From Candidatus Latescibacterota bacterium (GTDB lineage Bacteria; Latescibacterota; UBA2968; GCA-2709665): a stretch of 64,000 nt of DNA. The stretch lies in NCBI GenBank assembly GCA_965205485.1, contig OZ242180.1, positions 1,920,001 to 1,984,000 on the forward strand, in the 5' to 3' direction. Position 1 is the stretch's first letter, and every line of letters starts with the position of its first letter. The notes under the pieces are model-generated. The model worked only from the letters and a program-made list of their open reading frames with translations. It ran no database searches and was not told the DNA's origin. Positions 19,355 through 28,657 of this stretch are shown piece by piece. Made by a program: the position numbers and the translations under genes.

Positions 19355-21454
19355 CTAATCTCCAACCGATTGCCCAAACGCCTTTGCGAATATCAGAAAG
19401 TCCGAAAATCCGACGGTTCCATCACCGTCCAGATCGTACCTTGCGTCGTAACCGGCATCCCCATGACTGAATCCGAATTCTGTCGCAAACCTCACAAAGT
19501 CGGTGAAGTCCACCGTCCCATTATCGTCGAAGTCAGGATCCGGCTTAAGAGGCGTGACAAAGGGTGACACATCCCAGATTAAAACAGTACCGTCCCATCC
19601 GCGGGAAGCCATTATGGGCTTATAGAATGAAAACGCCACTGAACGGATCCCGCCCGGATGCCTCAAGGTTGCGATCTCCTTACGGGCATCGACGTCCCAC
19701 AGCCTGACGGTTTCATCCCATGAACCGGATGCCAGGATATTTGTGTCGGGCGAGTAGGCTAACGTATAGACCCCTCTCTCATGACCTTCGAGCGTGCCGA
19801 TCTCTATCCCTCGCGCCGAATTCCACAATCTGATCATGCTTTCGTCGAGTTCCGCCGAAACGAGGGTGTTCCCGTCGTGCGAGAACACCACGGATTCAAC
19901 GGGATTCAGATGCCACAAGGTGGCGATTTCCTTTCCTGCGGCCACGTCCCACATCTTGACCGTGGTGTCAAACGAGCCCGAAGCCAGGATGGTCCCGTCG
20001 GGCGAAAACGCCAGCGTCTGAATTCTCTCCGCATGCCCTTTCAGCGATAAGACCTCCCGTCGATTCGCTACGTCCCATAGTCTGACCATGAATTTTTCAC
20101 CATTATCGCGACTCCCCCCCGAGGCCAGGAAGGAGCCATCGGGGGAAAAGGCTATTGGATCGACGCCGCGGAGCCACTCTTCGTTAAGGACGGCGATCTC
20201 ATTTCCGGTCGCCAGGTCCCAGATTGTGATGTATCCATCGATGGTGGTTGCCAGGGTGTTTCCGTCGGGCGAGAAACCGACTGAAAAGACCCCTTCCCTA
20301 TCTCTCGCTATCTCCGAGGGTTCTGACTCGTTCGACAGATCCCATCGCAGGATCCTGCCAGAACCTGTTGTAGCGATTAACCTCGTTCCATCGGGCGCAA
20401 TTGCCATCGAAGTCGTATGATGAAAGTCGCCGAGAATGGTGGCGCTTCCCGACTCCAGATCATGTAAGACGACCCCATCGTAGCTCGAAGAAACAAGAAG
20501 ATTCGGTTCGGCCGGGGAATATGTCAACGAGTTCACCGATCCTCCATGCAAACCATCGCCAGCGATACGACCTCCCGTATCGACTTCCCAGCGTATCACC
20601 ATTTTATAGGATCCAACCGTCAGCGTACTGCCATCGGGGGAGAACGCCACCGACCACACCCGGTGGTACCGGCGCACATTCAGCGTGGCAATCTGTTCTG
20701 CGGTCGCTACGTTCCACAATCTTGCGGTATCGTCCCGCGAACCGGACGCCAACATGGCGCCGTCCGGGGAAAAGGCCAGCGTCTCGACGTTCTCTCTGTG
20801 CCCCTCCAACGTGGCGATTTCCATCCGTGCAGCCACGTCCCATAGCTTGATGTTTTGATCGCCAGCGGTCGCCAGCTTACTTCCGTCGGGCGAGAACGCT
20901 AACGCTCTGACGCCTTCAGTATGCCCTTCCAATACGGCCACCACGGTTCGGTTGCCCGGATCCCATAACTGTACTGTGCCGTCATTCGACCCTGAGGCCA
21001 GGATAGTTCCATCGGGCGAAAACACTGCGATGGGAAAATAAAGCGGGTCGTGGCGGAGGGTCCCGATGCGTCTGCCGGTATTGACCTGCCATAGCGCAAT
21101 GGTGTGATTGTGCAACCCGGTGGCGAGCGTCGCTCCGTCAGGTGAAAATGCAACCGAAGTGAGTTGCGTTTCCGTGGGCAAGAGCGTTACATAACGGTTA
21201 GTCGCCACCTCGTAAATCCAAACGCCGATGGAACTCGCAACGGCCAGATATCTCCCATCACTCGAAAAGTCCACGGCGTGATTGCCGTAAGCACTGATAA
21301 ACCCCTTACCCAGGCGGGCAATCGCTCCTTCCGGCAAGTGCCATGTTCGGGGATGACCAGGCAGACTGGCCGGAACAAGCTCACCTGCTCCCTGGCCGAA
21401 TAGCGGTTGAAGGAAAATGAGGACCAGCAAAAAGGCTTGGATAGGGTATTTCAT
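19355..21454 (-). CDS. Secreted WD40 repeat protein with dockerin-like tail
   Basis: MKYPIQAFLLVLIF signal, LPEGAIARLGKG, many AFSPDG...LASGSxDxTVxLWD repeats, PDFDDNGTVDFTDF. Confidence 0.92.
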   Translation of the reverse strand: MKYPIQAFLLVLIFLQPLFGQGAGELVPASLPGHPRTWHLPEGAIARLGKGFISAYGNHAVDFSSDGRYLAVASSIGVWIYEVATNRYVTLLPTETQLTSVAFSPDGATLATGLHNHTIALWQVNTGRRIGTLRHDPLYFPIAVFSPDGTILASGSNDGTVQLWDPGNRTVVAVLEGHTEGVRALAFSPDGSKLATAGDQNIKLWDVAARMEIATLEGHRENVETLAFSPDGAMLASGSRDDTARLWNVATAEQIATLNVRRYHRVWSVAFSPDGSTLTVGSYKMVIRWEVDTGGRIAGDGLHGGSVNSLTYSPAEPNLLVSSSYDGVVLHDLESGSATILGDFHHTTSMAIAPDGTRLIATTGSGRILRWDLSNESEPSEIARDREGVFSVGFSPDGNTLATTIDGYITIWDLATGNEIAVLNEEWLRGVDPIAFSPDGSFLASGGSRDNGEKFMVRLWDVANRREVLSLKGHAERIQTLAFSPDGTILASGSFDTTVKMWDVAAGKEIATLWHLNPVESVVFSHDGNTLVSAELDESMIRLWNSARGIEIGTLEGHERGVYTLAYSPDTNILASGSWDETVRLWDVDARKEIATLRHPGGIRSVAFSFYKPIMASRGWDGTVLIWDVSPFVTPLKPDPDFDDNGTVDFTDFVRFATEFGFSHGDAGYDARYDLDGDGTVGFSDFLIFAKAFGQSVGD

Positions 21455-21570
21455 CTCGGCCTCCCTCCAGGGGTGAAACGGCCAGCACATCAATGGCAAT
21501 CGAAAAAGACGTCGCATTTCCTGGCTACTTGAACATTCGGTTATAGTTAAACACGCCGTCAGTGTAAAGG

Positions 21571-21586
21571 GCAACATGTGTGCCAA
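21571..21586 (-). promoter_or_regulatory. sigma54 -24/-12 promoter
   Basis: TTGGCAC-ACATG-TTGC matches the TGGCAC-N5-TTGC consensus, about 117 bp upstream of the WD40 gene. Confidence 0.65.
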
Positions 21587-21685
21587 TGAGTATCGCATGG
21601 ATAAATGTGATTATAAACTATTGTTTAAATTAAGGTTAATTATTTTTCAAGACCTAACGGCCAAAAAAGCCAGCAGCACAAAAGG

Positions 21686-21719
21686 ACGATATATCGACCC
21701 GATTACGATATATCGACCC
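21686..21719. promoter_or_regulatory. Tandem palindromic sites, candidate activator (UAS) binding sites
   Basis: ACGATATATCGACCC twice (21686-21700, 21705-21719), each containing the palindrome CGATATATCG. Confidence 0.55.
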
Positions 21720-21762
21720 TGAGTATGCCGGTAGTGGCCTGAGATTTGCACGAATGCCGGGT

Positions 21763-21837
21763 ATGATCAATGATGAGCACGAACATTCTGCGCTTACTGC
21801 GAAGATCATCGGTTGCGCGATGACGGTGCATTCCGCA
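21763..21837 (+). pseudogene. GxxExxY-family N-terminal remnant
   Basis: Translates MINDEHEHSALTAKIIGCAMTVHSA, then similarity is lost. Confidence 0.6.
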
Positions 21838-21925
21838 AATCCCGTTAATCATTGTCAATCCTCCAAAGTCTCTCCACGGTTTTAATCAGCTTTTATCATA
21901 GTAATCACACGAATCACGGTACGGG

Positions 21926-21954
21926 TTGACATTGCAAAAACACCGGGCTATACT
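21926..21954 (+). promoter_or_regulatory. sigma70-type promoter
   Basis: TTGACA-N17-TATACT upstream of the 22105 gene and arc. Confidence 0.7.
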
Positions 21955-22104
21955 TATGCAACATCGTCGCCTTTGAATGTTCTGGTCGCGTCTTGTTCCT
22001 GATTTAATTGGCTTCCAGTCCTGTTTCATCCCGTTCACTCTTGGTCCCGAATCTAATCCTGCCTAATCCCGGTCGTTTTTTGATCTTGGTCAAAGGAGGG
22101 AACC

Positions 22105-23007
22105 ATGGTCCGGTATCGTTTTATCTGCCTGATAATTTCATATGCCCTGGTCGCTCCGGCGGGCACGGTGTACGGCGAAAAGGTGGCGCTCAGCTTCGTC
22201 TACAAGCCGGGGCAGTCGAATGTCTACAAGAATTCCTGGACGTTGGAATACTACAGCGGCCGCGCCGACCTGATTGACGACGACAAGACTTCCGGCACCG
22301 TCGACGTGCGGAGCTACGGAAAATGGAAGAGCCGGGAAGTGGTCAGCGCGATCGAAGCAGCCGCCGCGACAGTCACGGCGACGGTTCAGAATGCCGAAAG
22401 CACGGTTATGGAAGACCGCGTTCAGATCAGCGAGAACAACTTCCCGTATCTGCTCGATATGTTCAACGGCAGGACGTTTTCGTGGAACGTGACCGCTACA
22501 GGCGACGTGACGGGATTCAAACCCGGTTTCAAGCCGTACGAGGTGCGCCGCGAAGCCGCGATCAGCGATTTGCAGCAGCTCTGGATGCCGGAGATTCATC
22601 CGGTCCTGCCCAAGAGGGAGGTTGGATCGGGAGATTCGTGGAACGGGATTCGCCGCCATGAGATTCCCATCGCGGCGCTGCAGGACAAGGGCTCGGTGGA
22701 GATCAACAGCGTCTACGTTCTGAAGCGGCTGGCGAAGAAGAAGGGCCGGCGCGTCGCGCTCATCGACGAGACCCGGCAGATGCGGTACCGTGGATGGATA
22801 TTCTCCAACGCAGTGTCCATTATGGTGGAAGGCACGGGCCAGGGAAAGGGCAAATGGACGATCGACGTGAACCGGGGGCTTGTGATTGGACATGAAATCA
22901 AGGTGTCGTTCAAGGAAGTGCATGTCACCGTGGTCAGGGGCAACGTCAAAGTCGAGAACGCGGGCGCCAAAATGAAATTTGCTTTCAAACGGGAAATGGA
23001 CGATTAG
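22105..23007 (+). CDS. Secreted hypothetical protein (beta-rich)
   Basis: AGGAGG RBS, N-terminal signal peptide, LPKREVGSGDSW motif, 300-aa ORF. Confidence 0.75.
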   Translation: MVRYRFICLIISYALVAPAGTVYGEKVALSFVYKPGQSNVYKNSWTLEYYSGRADLIDDDKTSGTVDVRSYGKWKSREVVSAIEAAAATVTATVQNAESTVMEDRVQISENNFPYLLDMFNGRTFSWNVTATGDVTGFKPGFKPYEVRREAAISDLQQLWMPEIHPVLPKREVGSGDSWNGIRRHEIPIAALQDKGSVEINSVYVLKRLAKKKGRRVALIDETRQMRYRGWIFSNAVSIMVEGTGQGKGKWTIDVNRGLVIGHEIKVSFKEVHVTVVRGNVKVENAGAKMKFAFKREMDD

Positions 23008-23033
23008 GGTTTACAAACCCCTGGATTCAGGAG

Positions 23034-24755
23034 GTGAGTCCCATTAACGGCCCGAACGAAGGATCTCGCCAGCGAAAGTCGCCGGATGACTTTCTGCAGG
23101 ACTACGTGGATATGCAGCACACGTTCCGGTCCCTGTCAATTATCGACCAGATACTGATGTCGATGGACGAGAAGGACAAGCGGCGTCCCCTGCTCTACCA
23201 TCTCCGCCGGCAGCTTCAGGAAGACGAGATCACATTCGAGGAGGCCAGGCGGACCATCGTGGAGATGGAGACCGCGCTTGAGAAGGTGACGGCGCCGGCC
23301 AACCGGGTGGGTACGCTTCTGGAACCCCCCCGTGACGGCGTGGCATACATCAGTGTGGGCGGCTCGGAATATTATGCCAACGTCGATTCGCGGCTGGAAC
23401 AGGAGGCGCTGAAGGTGGGCACGCGGGTGCTCGTCAACGATGCGTTCGCCATCGTCGGCGATCTGGGCTTTTCGAGTTCCGGCCAGGTCGCGAAGATATC
23501 CGACGTGCTGGAAGACGGCCGGTTGCGGGTCGGACAGGAGCCGGGCGGCCAGGTCACGGTGCTGTCGCGGTCGAGCGACCTCGTGAAGGCGTCCCTGAAA
23601 GCGGGCGACGAGGTTCGCGTGGACCCGAATTTCCGGGTGGCGCTGGAACGCATGCCCGAAAAAGAGGCGAAAGACTACTTCCTCGAAGAGATTCCGAATC
23701 TGCCATGGGAAAAGATCGGCGGCCAGGAAGAGGCCATCCAGGCCATCAAGGATACCATCGAAATGCCGGCGTTGCATCCGGACCTGTTCTCAAGGTTCCA
23801 GTACAGCGTTCCCAAGGGCTTCCTGCTCTACGGCCCGCCGGGCTGCGGCAAGACGCTCATCGGCAAGGCGACCGCCTATAACCTCGTCAAGCAGGCGCAG
23901 CAGGAGGCCGGTCTGAACCTGAAGGAATGTTTCATGAACGTCAAAGGACCGGAAATCCTCAATATGTGGGTGGGCGAGTCCGAGCGCCAGGTCCGGGAGA
24001 TCTTCTCCAGGGCGCGTGAGAAGCGCAAGGAGGGGTACCTGCCCGTAGTGTTTATCGACGAGGCGGAATCGGTCCTCGGCACGCGCCGGGCCATGCGGTC
24101 GCACAGCATTTCGAATACGGTCGTGCCGATGTTCTGTTCGGAGATGGACGGCATCGAGTCGCTGCAGGACGTGGTGATCATACTGGCGTCCAACCGCCCC
24201 GACCTGATCGACCCCGCGATCTTGCGGCCGGGAAGGATCGACCGGAAAATCAAGGTAAGGCGTCCCGACCGGTATGGCGCGCTCGACATCCTCAAGATCT
24301 ATCTGACGCCCAATCTCCCGATCGACCGGAAGACGATGGAAGAACACGGCGGAGACAGCGCCGCGGCCGTGGAGACGCTCGTGGGGCGCACGGCGGAAGA
24401 GATCTTCTCAAAGCGGGACCATTCGATATTTCTAGAGGTGACCCTCCGAAGCGGCCGGAAGGACGTCCTCCGACGGGGGGACCTGGCCAGCGGCGCGATC
24501 ATGGAATCCATTGTAAGGCGGGCAAAGGAGATGGCCATCCGCCGGTCCATCGCGTCGGGGCACGAAGAGGGAATATCCCAGGAAGACCTGCTCCAGGCGG
24601 TAGAGACCGAATACACGGAGAACGAGATCTTCCCGCCAACCGATAACACGGAGGACTGGCTCAAACTCCTGGATTACGATCCCGAAAACGTCGTGCGCGC
24701 TTCGCCCGTTCGCCCTGGACGCGAGACCAACCGCCGGGGTCATAGGATCGTATAA
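23034..24755 (+). CDS. arc: Proteasome-associated AAA ATPase (ARC/Mpa-like)
   Basis: N-terminal coiled coil, LLYGPPGCGKT, NVKGPEILNMWVGESERQVR, FIDEAE, NRPDLIDPAILRPGR; SGAIMESIVRRAK. Confidence 0.93.
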   Translation: MSPINGPNEGSRQRKSPDDFLQDYVDMQHTFRSLSIIDQILMSMDEKDKRRPLLYHLRRQLQEDEITFEEARRTIVEMETALEKVTAPANRVGTLLEPPRDGVAYISVGGSEYYANVDSRLEQEALKVGTRVLVNDAFAIVGDLGFSSSGQVAKISDVLEDGRLRVGQEPGGQVTVLSRSSDLVKASLKAGDEVRVDPNFRVALERMPEKEAKDYFLEEIPNLPWEKIGGQEEAIQAIKDTIEMPALHPDLFSRFQYSVPKGFLLYGPPGCGKTLIGKATAYNLVKQAQQEAGLNLKECFMNVKGPEILNMWVGESERQVREIFSRAREKRKEGYLPVVFIDEAESVLGTRRAMRSHSISNTVVPMFCSEMDGIESLQDVVIILASNRPDLIDPAILRPGRIDRKIKVRRPDRYGALDILKIYLTPNLPIDRKTMEEHGGDSAAAVETLVGRTAEEIFSKRDHSIFLEVTLRSGRKDVLRRGDLASGAIMESIVRRAKEMAIRRSIASGHEEGISQEDLLQAVETEYTENEIFPPTDNTEDWLKLLDYDPENVVRASPVRPGRETNRRGHRIV

Positions 24756-24759
24756 AAAC

Positions 24760-25450
24760 CGCACCTCTCCCCCTGGCCCCTCAGAAAGAGCTGTCAGCTA
24801 TCAGCCATCAGCAGTCAGCCAAAAGCAGTTTCTATCAAGGACAAGCGTAAGGAATCACCAAAATTCCCACCGCCACGAGGGCGACCACAAGGGTTGCACC
24901 TACAAATTCAACACCAGCGAGTCCGGTGGTGGAGAGGGTCCTCGGTGCTCTACAATACAGCACCTCTATCGGAACGAATCTCGCCGGATCCTTTCATGCG
25001 CCCGGTTGTGGAGTGAGGGGTTTTTCCGTGTTAATCCGTCCAGCGTTATTTATCCGTCCAGCCCTTTAGCGTTGGTACTGTTGTGGTGCTCGCAGGCCAC
25101 CTGAGTCCCATTTATGCCTCTGAGGGAATTCACGGAAAAACCGGCCCCCTGCCGAAGGGCGCGCTTCTTTTTGGTCCTTTTTCTTACGCGCATAAGAAAA
25201 AGGACGTAAATAAAATAAAAATAATGATTTGATTTTAAAATAGCGACCTGTATTAAGCAAACCTATCTATTGTCTTTCTTTTCAAAATCATGCCTACGGC
25301 GTGTTCCTTAGAACCGCGAAGACGTGAGACGGAAGAGGGGAGAGATTGCCTGCCTTGCGAGGATTCGTTTCGTGCTGAAGGCAAGAAGGAAAAACATAGC
25401 GGGCAAGGATTTCATCTACCGTCTACCCACTTACCTCTACCCGCCTTTTG
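24760..25450 (+). repeat. Composite dispersed repeat, copy C
   Basis: Core IR 25019-25030 / 25131-25142, hairpins, AT-rich tail and AGACGTGAGACG module. Confidence 0.88.
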
Positions 25451-25873
25451 GCGACCTCTCTCCCCGGCCCTCTCTCCTAAAGGAAACGGGAGCAAGACTG
25501 GAAGACCATCCTCACACAAAGACACGAAGGCACAAAGGGACACAAAGGGAAACCGGAGAAAGCAAAGGGCAAAGTCAAAGGCAACCCATCCGCCCGGCCC
25601 CGCAGACCTCTCTCCCCGACCCTCTCTCCTAAGGGAAAGAGGGAGAAAAGGCGGGTTTCGCTCTATCAATGTATTTCACAACTGGCGACTGGGGGTATGG
25701 GGGGTTTTTCCGTGCTGATCCGTCCAGCGCATTCGCATTGTTACATCAGAAGGATTGGTAGGCCACACAAGTCCTGTTTACGCCTCCGGAGTGATTCACG
25801 GAAAAACCGGCCCCCCGCCGAGGGGCGCCCTTCTTTTTCGCCCTTTTTCTTGGGCGCAGCAAGAAAAAGGGCA
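25451..25873 (+). repeat. Composite dispersed repeat, copy D (3'-truncated)
   Basis: Core IR 25703-25714 / 25797-25808; hairpin variant GCCCTTTTTCTTG...CAAGAAAAAGGGC. Confidence 0.88.
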
Positions 25874-25987
25874 AGGGAATAGGGGACGTTTGGGGGAAGG
25901 GAAGACTCCCAATCGCTCCGAGAAAAATTACCGGCGTCCCATATCGCCTTTACCCAACATACAACATGAGATACTGAGACAAGGTCT

Positions 25988-27508
25988 ATGAATCGACTCT
26001 TCGGCCTTGAAACGGAGTACGGGATCACGATCGACGGCGTGGACAGGATCGACGTGGTGGAGGAGTCGATGCAGCTGATCCGGTGCTACCTCAGAGGCGA
26101 GTTTACGCCACTCTGGGACTACCAACTGGAGAACCCCCGCAAGGACGTGCGGGGATTTGAAGTGAAATCGCTGTTGAACGATACCGACGAAAAGGTCCAT
26201 CTTCAGAAAGACCGCCAGCGAAAGGTGCCGCTCGAGGAGTTGAAGAGCGACCTGATCATCCGCAACGGCGCCCGTTTCTACAATGACCATACGCACCCTG
26301 AATACGCCACGGGGGAGTGTCTCAGCCTCTTCGAGCTGGTGGCGCAGGACCGCGCGGGCGAGCGGATCGTGGATATGTGCGCGCGGCGGCGGACGGAGAT
26401 GCTGCCCGAGGGCGCCGTGCGGATCTACAAGAACAATACGGACTTCGAAGGCCACAGCTACGGGTGTCACGAGAATTACCTGATGGACCGCGGGACGCCG
26501 TTCGACCGGATCGTGAAGGGGCTGCTTCCCTTCCTGGTGACGCGGCAGATTTACGCGGGCGCGGGCAAGATGGGCGTGGAACGCGGCGACAGGGCGCCCA
26601 TCTATCAGCTCTCGCAGCGGTCCGAGTTCTTCGAGGTGATCGCCAGCGTCGACACCATGCACAAGCGCCCGCTCATCAACACACGCGACGAACCGCACGC
26701 GGACGCCGGAAGGTACCGCAGACTCCACGTGATCCTGGGCGACGCGAATATGTCCGAGTACGTCACGGCGCTGAAGGTCGGCGCCACCGCGCTTGTGGTC
26801 GCGCTGGTTGAACAGGACGATCTGCCCGACGTGGTCCTTAAGGATCCCGTTGCGGCGCTGAAGGACGTGTCGCGCGACCAGAGTTATCAGTGGCTGGTGG
26901 AGCTGGATCGCAAGACCGGCCGCCTGATACCGGCCGTTGAGGTGCAGCGGATGTACCTGGGGCTGGCGAAGGAGCGGTTCGGCGGCCGGGACGTGGAAAC
27001 GGACTGGGTGCTCAACGCCTGGGACGAGATGCTGCACGGCCTCGAACGGGACCCGATGGCGATGGTGGGCGCCTGCGACTGGGTCAGCAAAAAGTGGCTG
27101 CTGGACTGTTTTCGCGAAGCGGAAGGGCTTTCCTGGGACAATCCGGACGACCTGGCCTGGCTCCAGAGCCAGGATCTGGAATACCACAACGTGGACCCGG
27201 AGGCCGGGCTGTATTTTCTGCTGGAGGAGCAGGGCAAGATGGTCCGCCTTATTGATGACGAACGGATCGAGGAAGCGATGTCCGTTCCGCCTGCCGACAC
27301 GCGCGCCTGGTTCCGTGGGCGATGCCTGGAGAAATTCGGCCACGACGTCAAATCGGTCAACTGGGACCGGATCGTCTTCCTCCGGAACGGCGAACAGCGT
27401 TCGGTGGATATGAAGGATCTGGTTGATGGGGAGAAGGTCGCGTATTATAATAGGGCGTTGGATCGCTCGGATGAACTGGAGGAATTCCTGAACGCGCTTG
27501 AGGTCTGA
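25988..27508 (+). CDS. dop: Depupylase/deamidase Dop-like protein
   Basis: RLFGLETEYGI, NGARFYNDHTHPEY, YKNNTD..GHSYGCHENYL, RPLINTRDEPHAD..YRRLHVILGDANMSE. Confidence 0.9.
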   Translation: MNRLFGLETEYGITIDGVDRIDVVEESMQLIRCYLRGEFTPLWDYQLENPRKDVRGFEVKSLLNDTDEKVHLQKDRQRKVPLEELKSDLIIRNGARFYNDHTHPEYATGECLSLFELVAQDRAGERIVDMCARRRTEMLPEGAVRIYKNNTDFEGHSYGCHENYLMDRGTPFDRIVKGLLPFLVTRQIYAGAGKMGVERGDRAPIYQLSQRSEFFEVIASVDTMHKRPLINTRDEPHADAGRYRRLHVILGDANMSEYVTALKVGATALVVALVEQDDLPDVVLKDPVAALKDVSRDQSYQWLVELDRKTGRLIPAVEVQRMYLGLAKERFGGRDVETDWVLNAWDEMLHGLERDPMAMVGACDWVSKKWLLDCFREAEGLSWDNPDDLAWLQSQDLEYHNVDPEAGLYFLLEEQGKMVRLIDDERIEEAMSVPPADTRAWFRGRCLEKFGHDVKSVNWDRIVFLRNGEQRSVDMKDLVDGEKVAYYNRALDRSDELEEFLNALEV

Positions 27509-27642
27509 ACCTTGGTCGCCTAGCGTGTATGATAACCGTTCGGGGGAACGCTCCGGCATTTTGGAACCGATTTGCGTGACGGGATGGATCGGCGGTCGAA
27601 TGGTGAAGAATTTTTGGGACAGGACACCAGGAGGAGGAGGCT

Positions 27643-27834
27643 ATGAAGAACGATCTGACAGGTTTTGAACGGCGGACCCGGCGGCCCGGCGCGCCCGACG
27701 GGGGGCCGAACGACGGGGACGACGGTCCGTCCCGCCCGGACGTTGACCGCCCCGATACCCGGGATCTGCTGCGCCGGATGCGCCGCGTGGACCCGAATCA
27801 GGCGCGACGCTACCGCCAGCGCACGGGCGAGTAA
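27643..27834 (+). CDS. ubact: Ubiquitin-like modifier UBact
   Basis: 63-aa disordered protein ending LLRRMRRVDPNQARRYRQRTGE (R[TS]G[EQ] terminus), between dop and proteasome beta; strong RBS. Confidence 0.93.
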   Translation: MKNDLTGFERRTRRPGAPDGGPNDGDDGPSRPDVDRPDTRDLLRRMRRVDPNQARRYRQRTGE

Positions 27835-27838
27835 GCCT

Positions 27839-28657
27839 ATGGGCGCGGGTGGGGATTTTCTGGATCTGCTCAAGGCGGAGGGATACCGGCTGCCCGGCGC
27901 CGACCTGAAGGAAAACGCGCCGGGTAGCGCGGCGTCCCTTCCGTTTCAGCCTACCGAGGGCACGACCATCCTGGCCCTTCGCTACCGGGATGGCGTCCTC
28001 ATTGCGGGCGACCGCCGGGCGACCGCCGGCCACACCGTGCTTTACGACCGCGCCGACAAGGTCATCGACATCGACGCGTTTTCGGTGATGGCCATCTCCG
28101 GATCGCCGGCCATGGCGTACGAAATCGCCCGCATCCTCGAACACACCTTTCAATATCACCGGCGACGGCAGTTGCAGGAAATGAGCCTGGCGGCCAAACT
28201 GCGGCGCCTTTCCCTTCTGATCCGCGACAACCTGCCCATGGCCATGCAGGGCATCGGGCCGGTGATCCCCATTTTCGCTACGTTCGACCGGCAGGACAGC
28301 CGCGGCAAGATCTTTTTCTACGACGTGCTTGGCGCGCAGTTCGAGAGCGCCGATTTTGCAACCACTGGATCGGGCGCGGCGGCCATCCGGGGCGCGATGT
28401 TCTACAATAACCAGTGGGGCGAGCGTCCGTTTTCCGAACTGGACCGGAGCGAGAGCCTCGGAATGGCCCTGCGCCTGCTGCATACGGCCGCGGAATACGA
28501 TGCCGCAACCGGGAGGTACGAGCGGGACGCCGGCGTGTTGCCCACGGTGAAGACGATCTCGGCGGACGGACTGCGCACCGTGTCCGAGGAGGACCTGCGG
28601 GCGACCTACGAGCGGTATATCGCCCTTGCCCGGGGACCTGGAGACGCTGAGGAATGA
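27839..28657 (+). CDS. prcB: 20S proteasome beta subunit
   Basis: Propeptide then EG/TTILALRYRDGVLIAGDRRATAG, ATTGSG, AAEYDAATG. Confidence 0.9.
   Translation: MGAGGDFLDLLKAEGYRLPGADLKENAPGSAASLPFQPTEGTTILALRYRDGVLIAGDRRATAGHTVLYDRADKVIDIDAFSVMAISGSPAMAYEIARILEHTFQYHRRRQLQEMSLAAKLRRLSLLIRDNLPMAMQGIGPVIPIFATFDRQDSRGKIFFYDVLGAQFESADFATTGSGAAAIRGAMFYNNQWGERPFSELDRSESLGMALRLLHTAAEYDAATGRYERDAGVLPTVKTISADGLRTVSEEDLRATYERYIALARGPGDAEE

Noticed and set aside
8272..21454. Diversity-generating retroelement acting on the similar C-terminal tails
   Set aside because: No reverse transcriptase in the window, all tail copies are coding, and differences are not adenine-restricted
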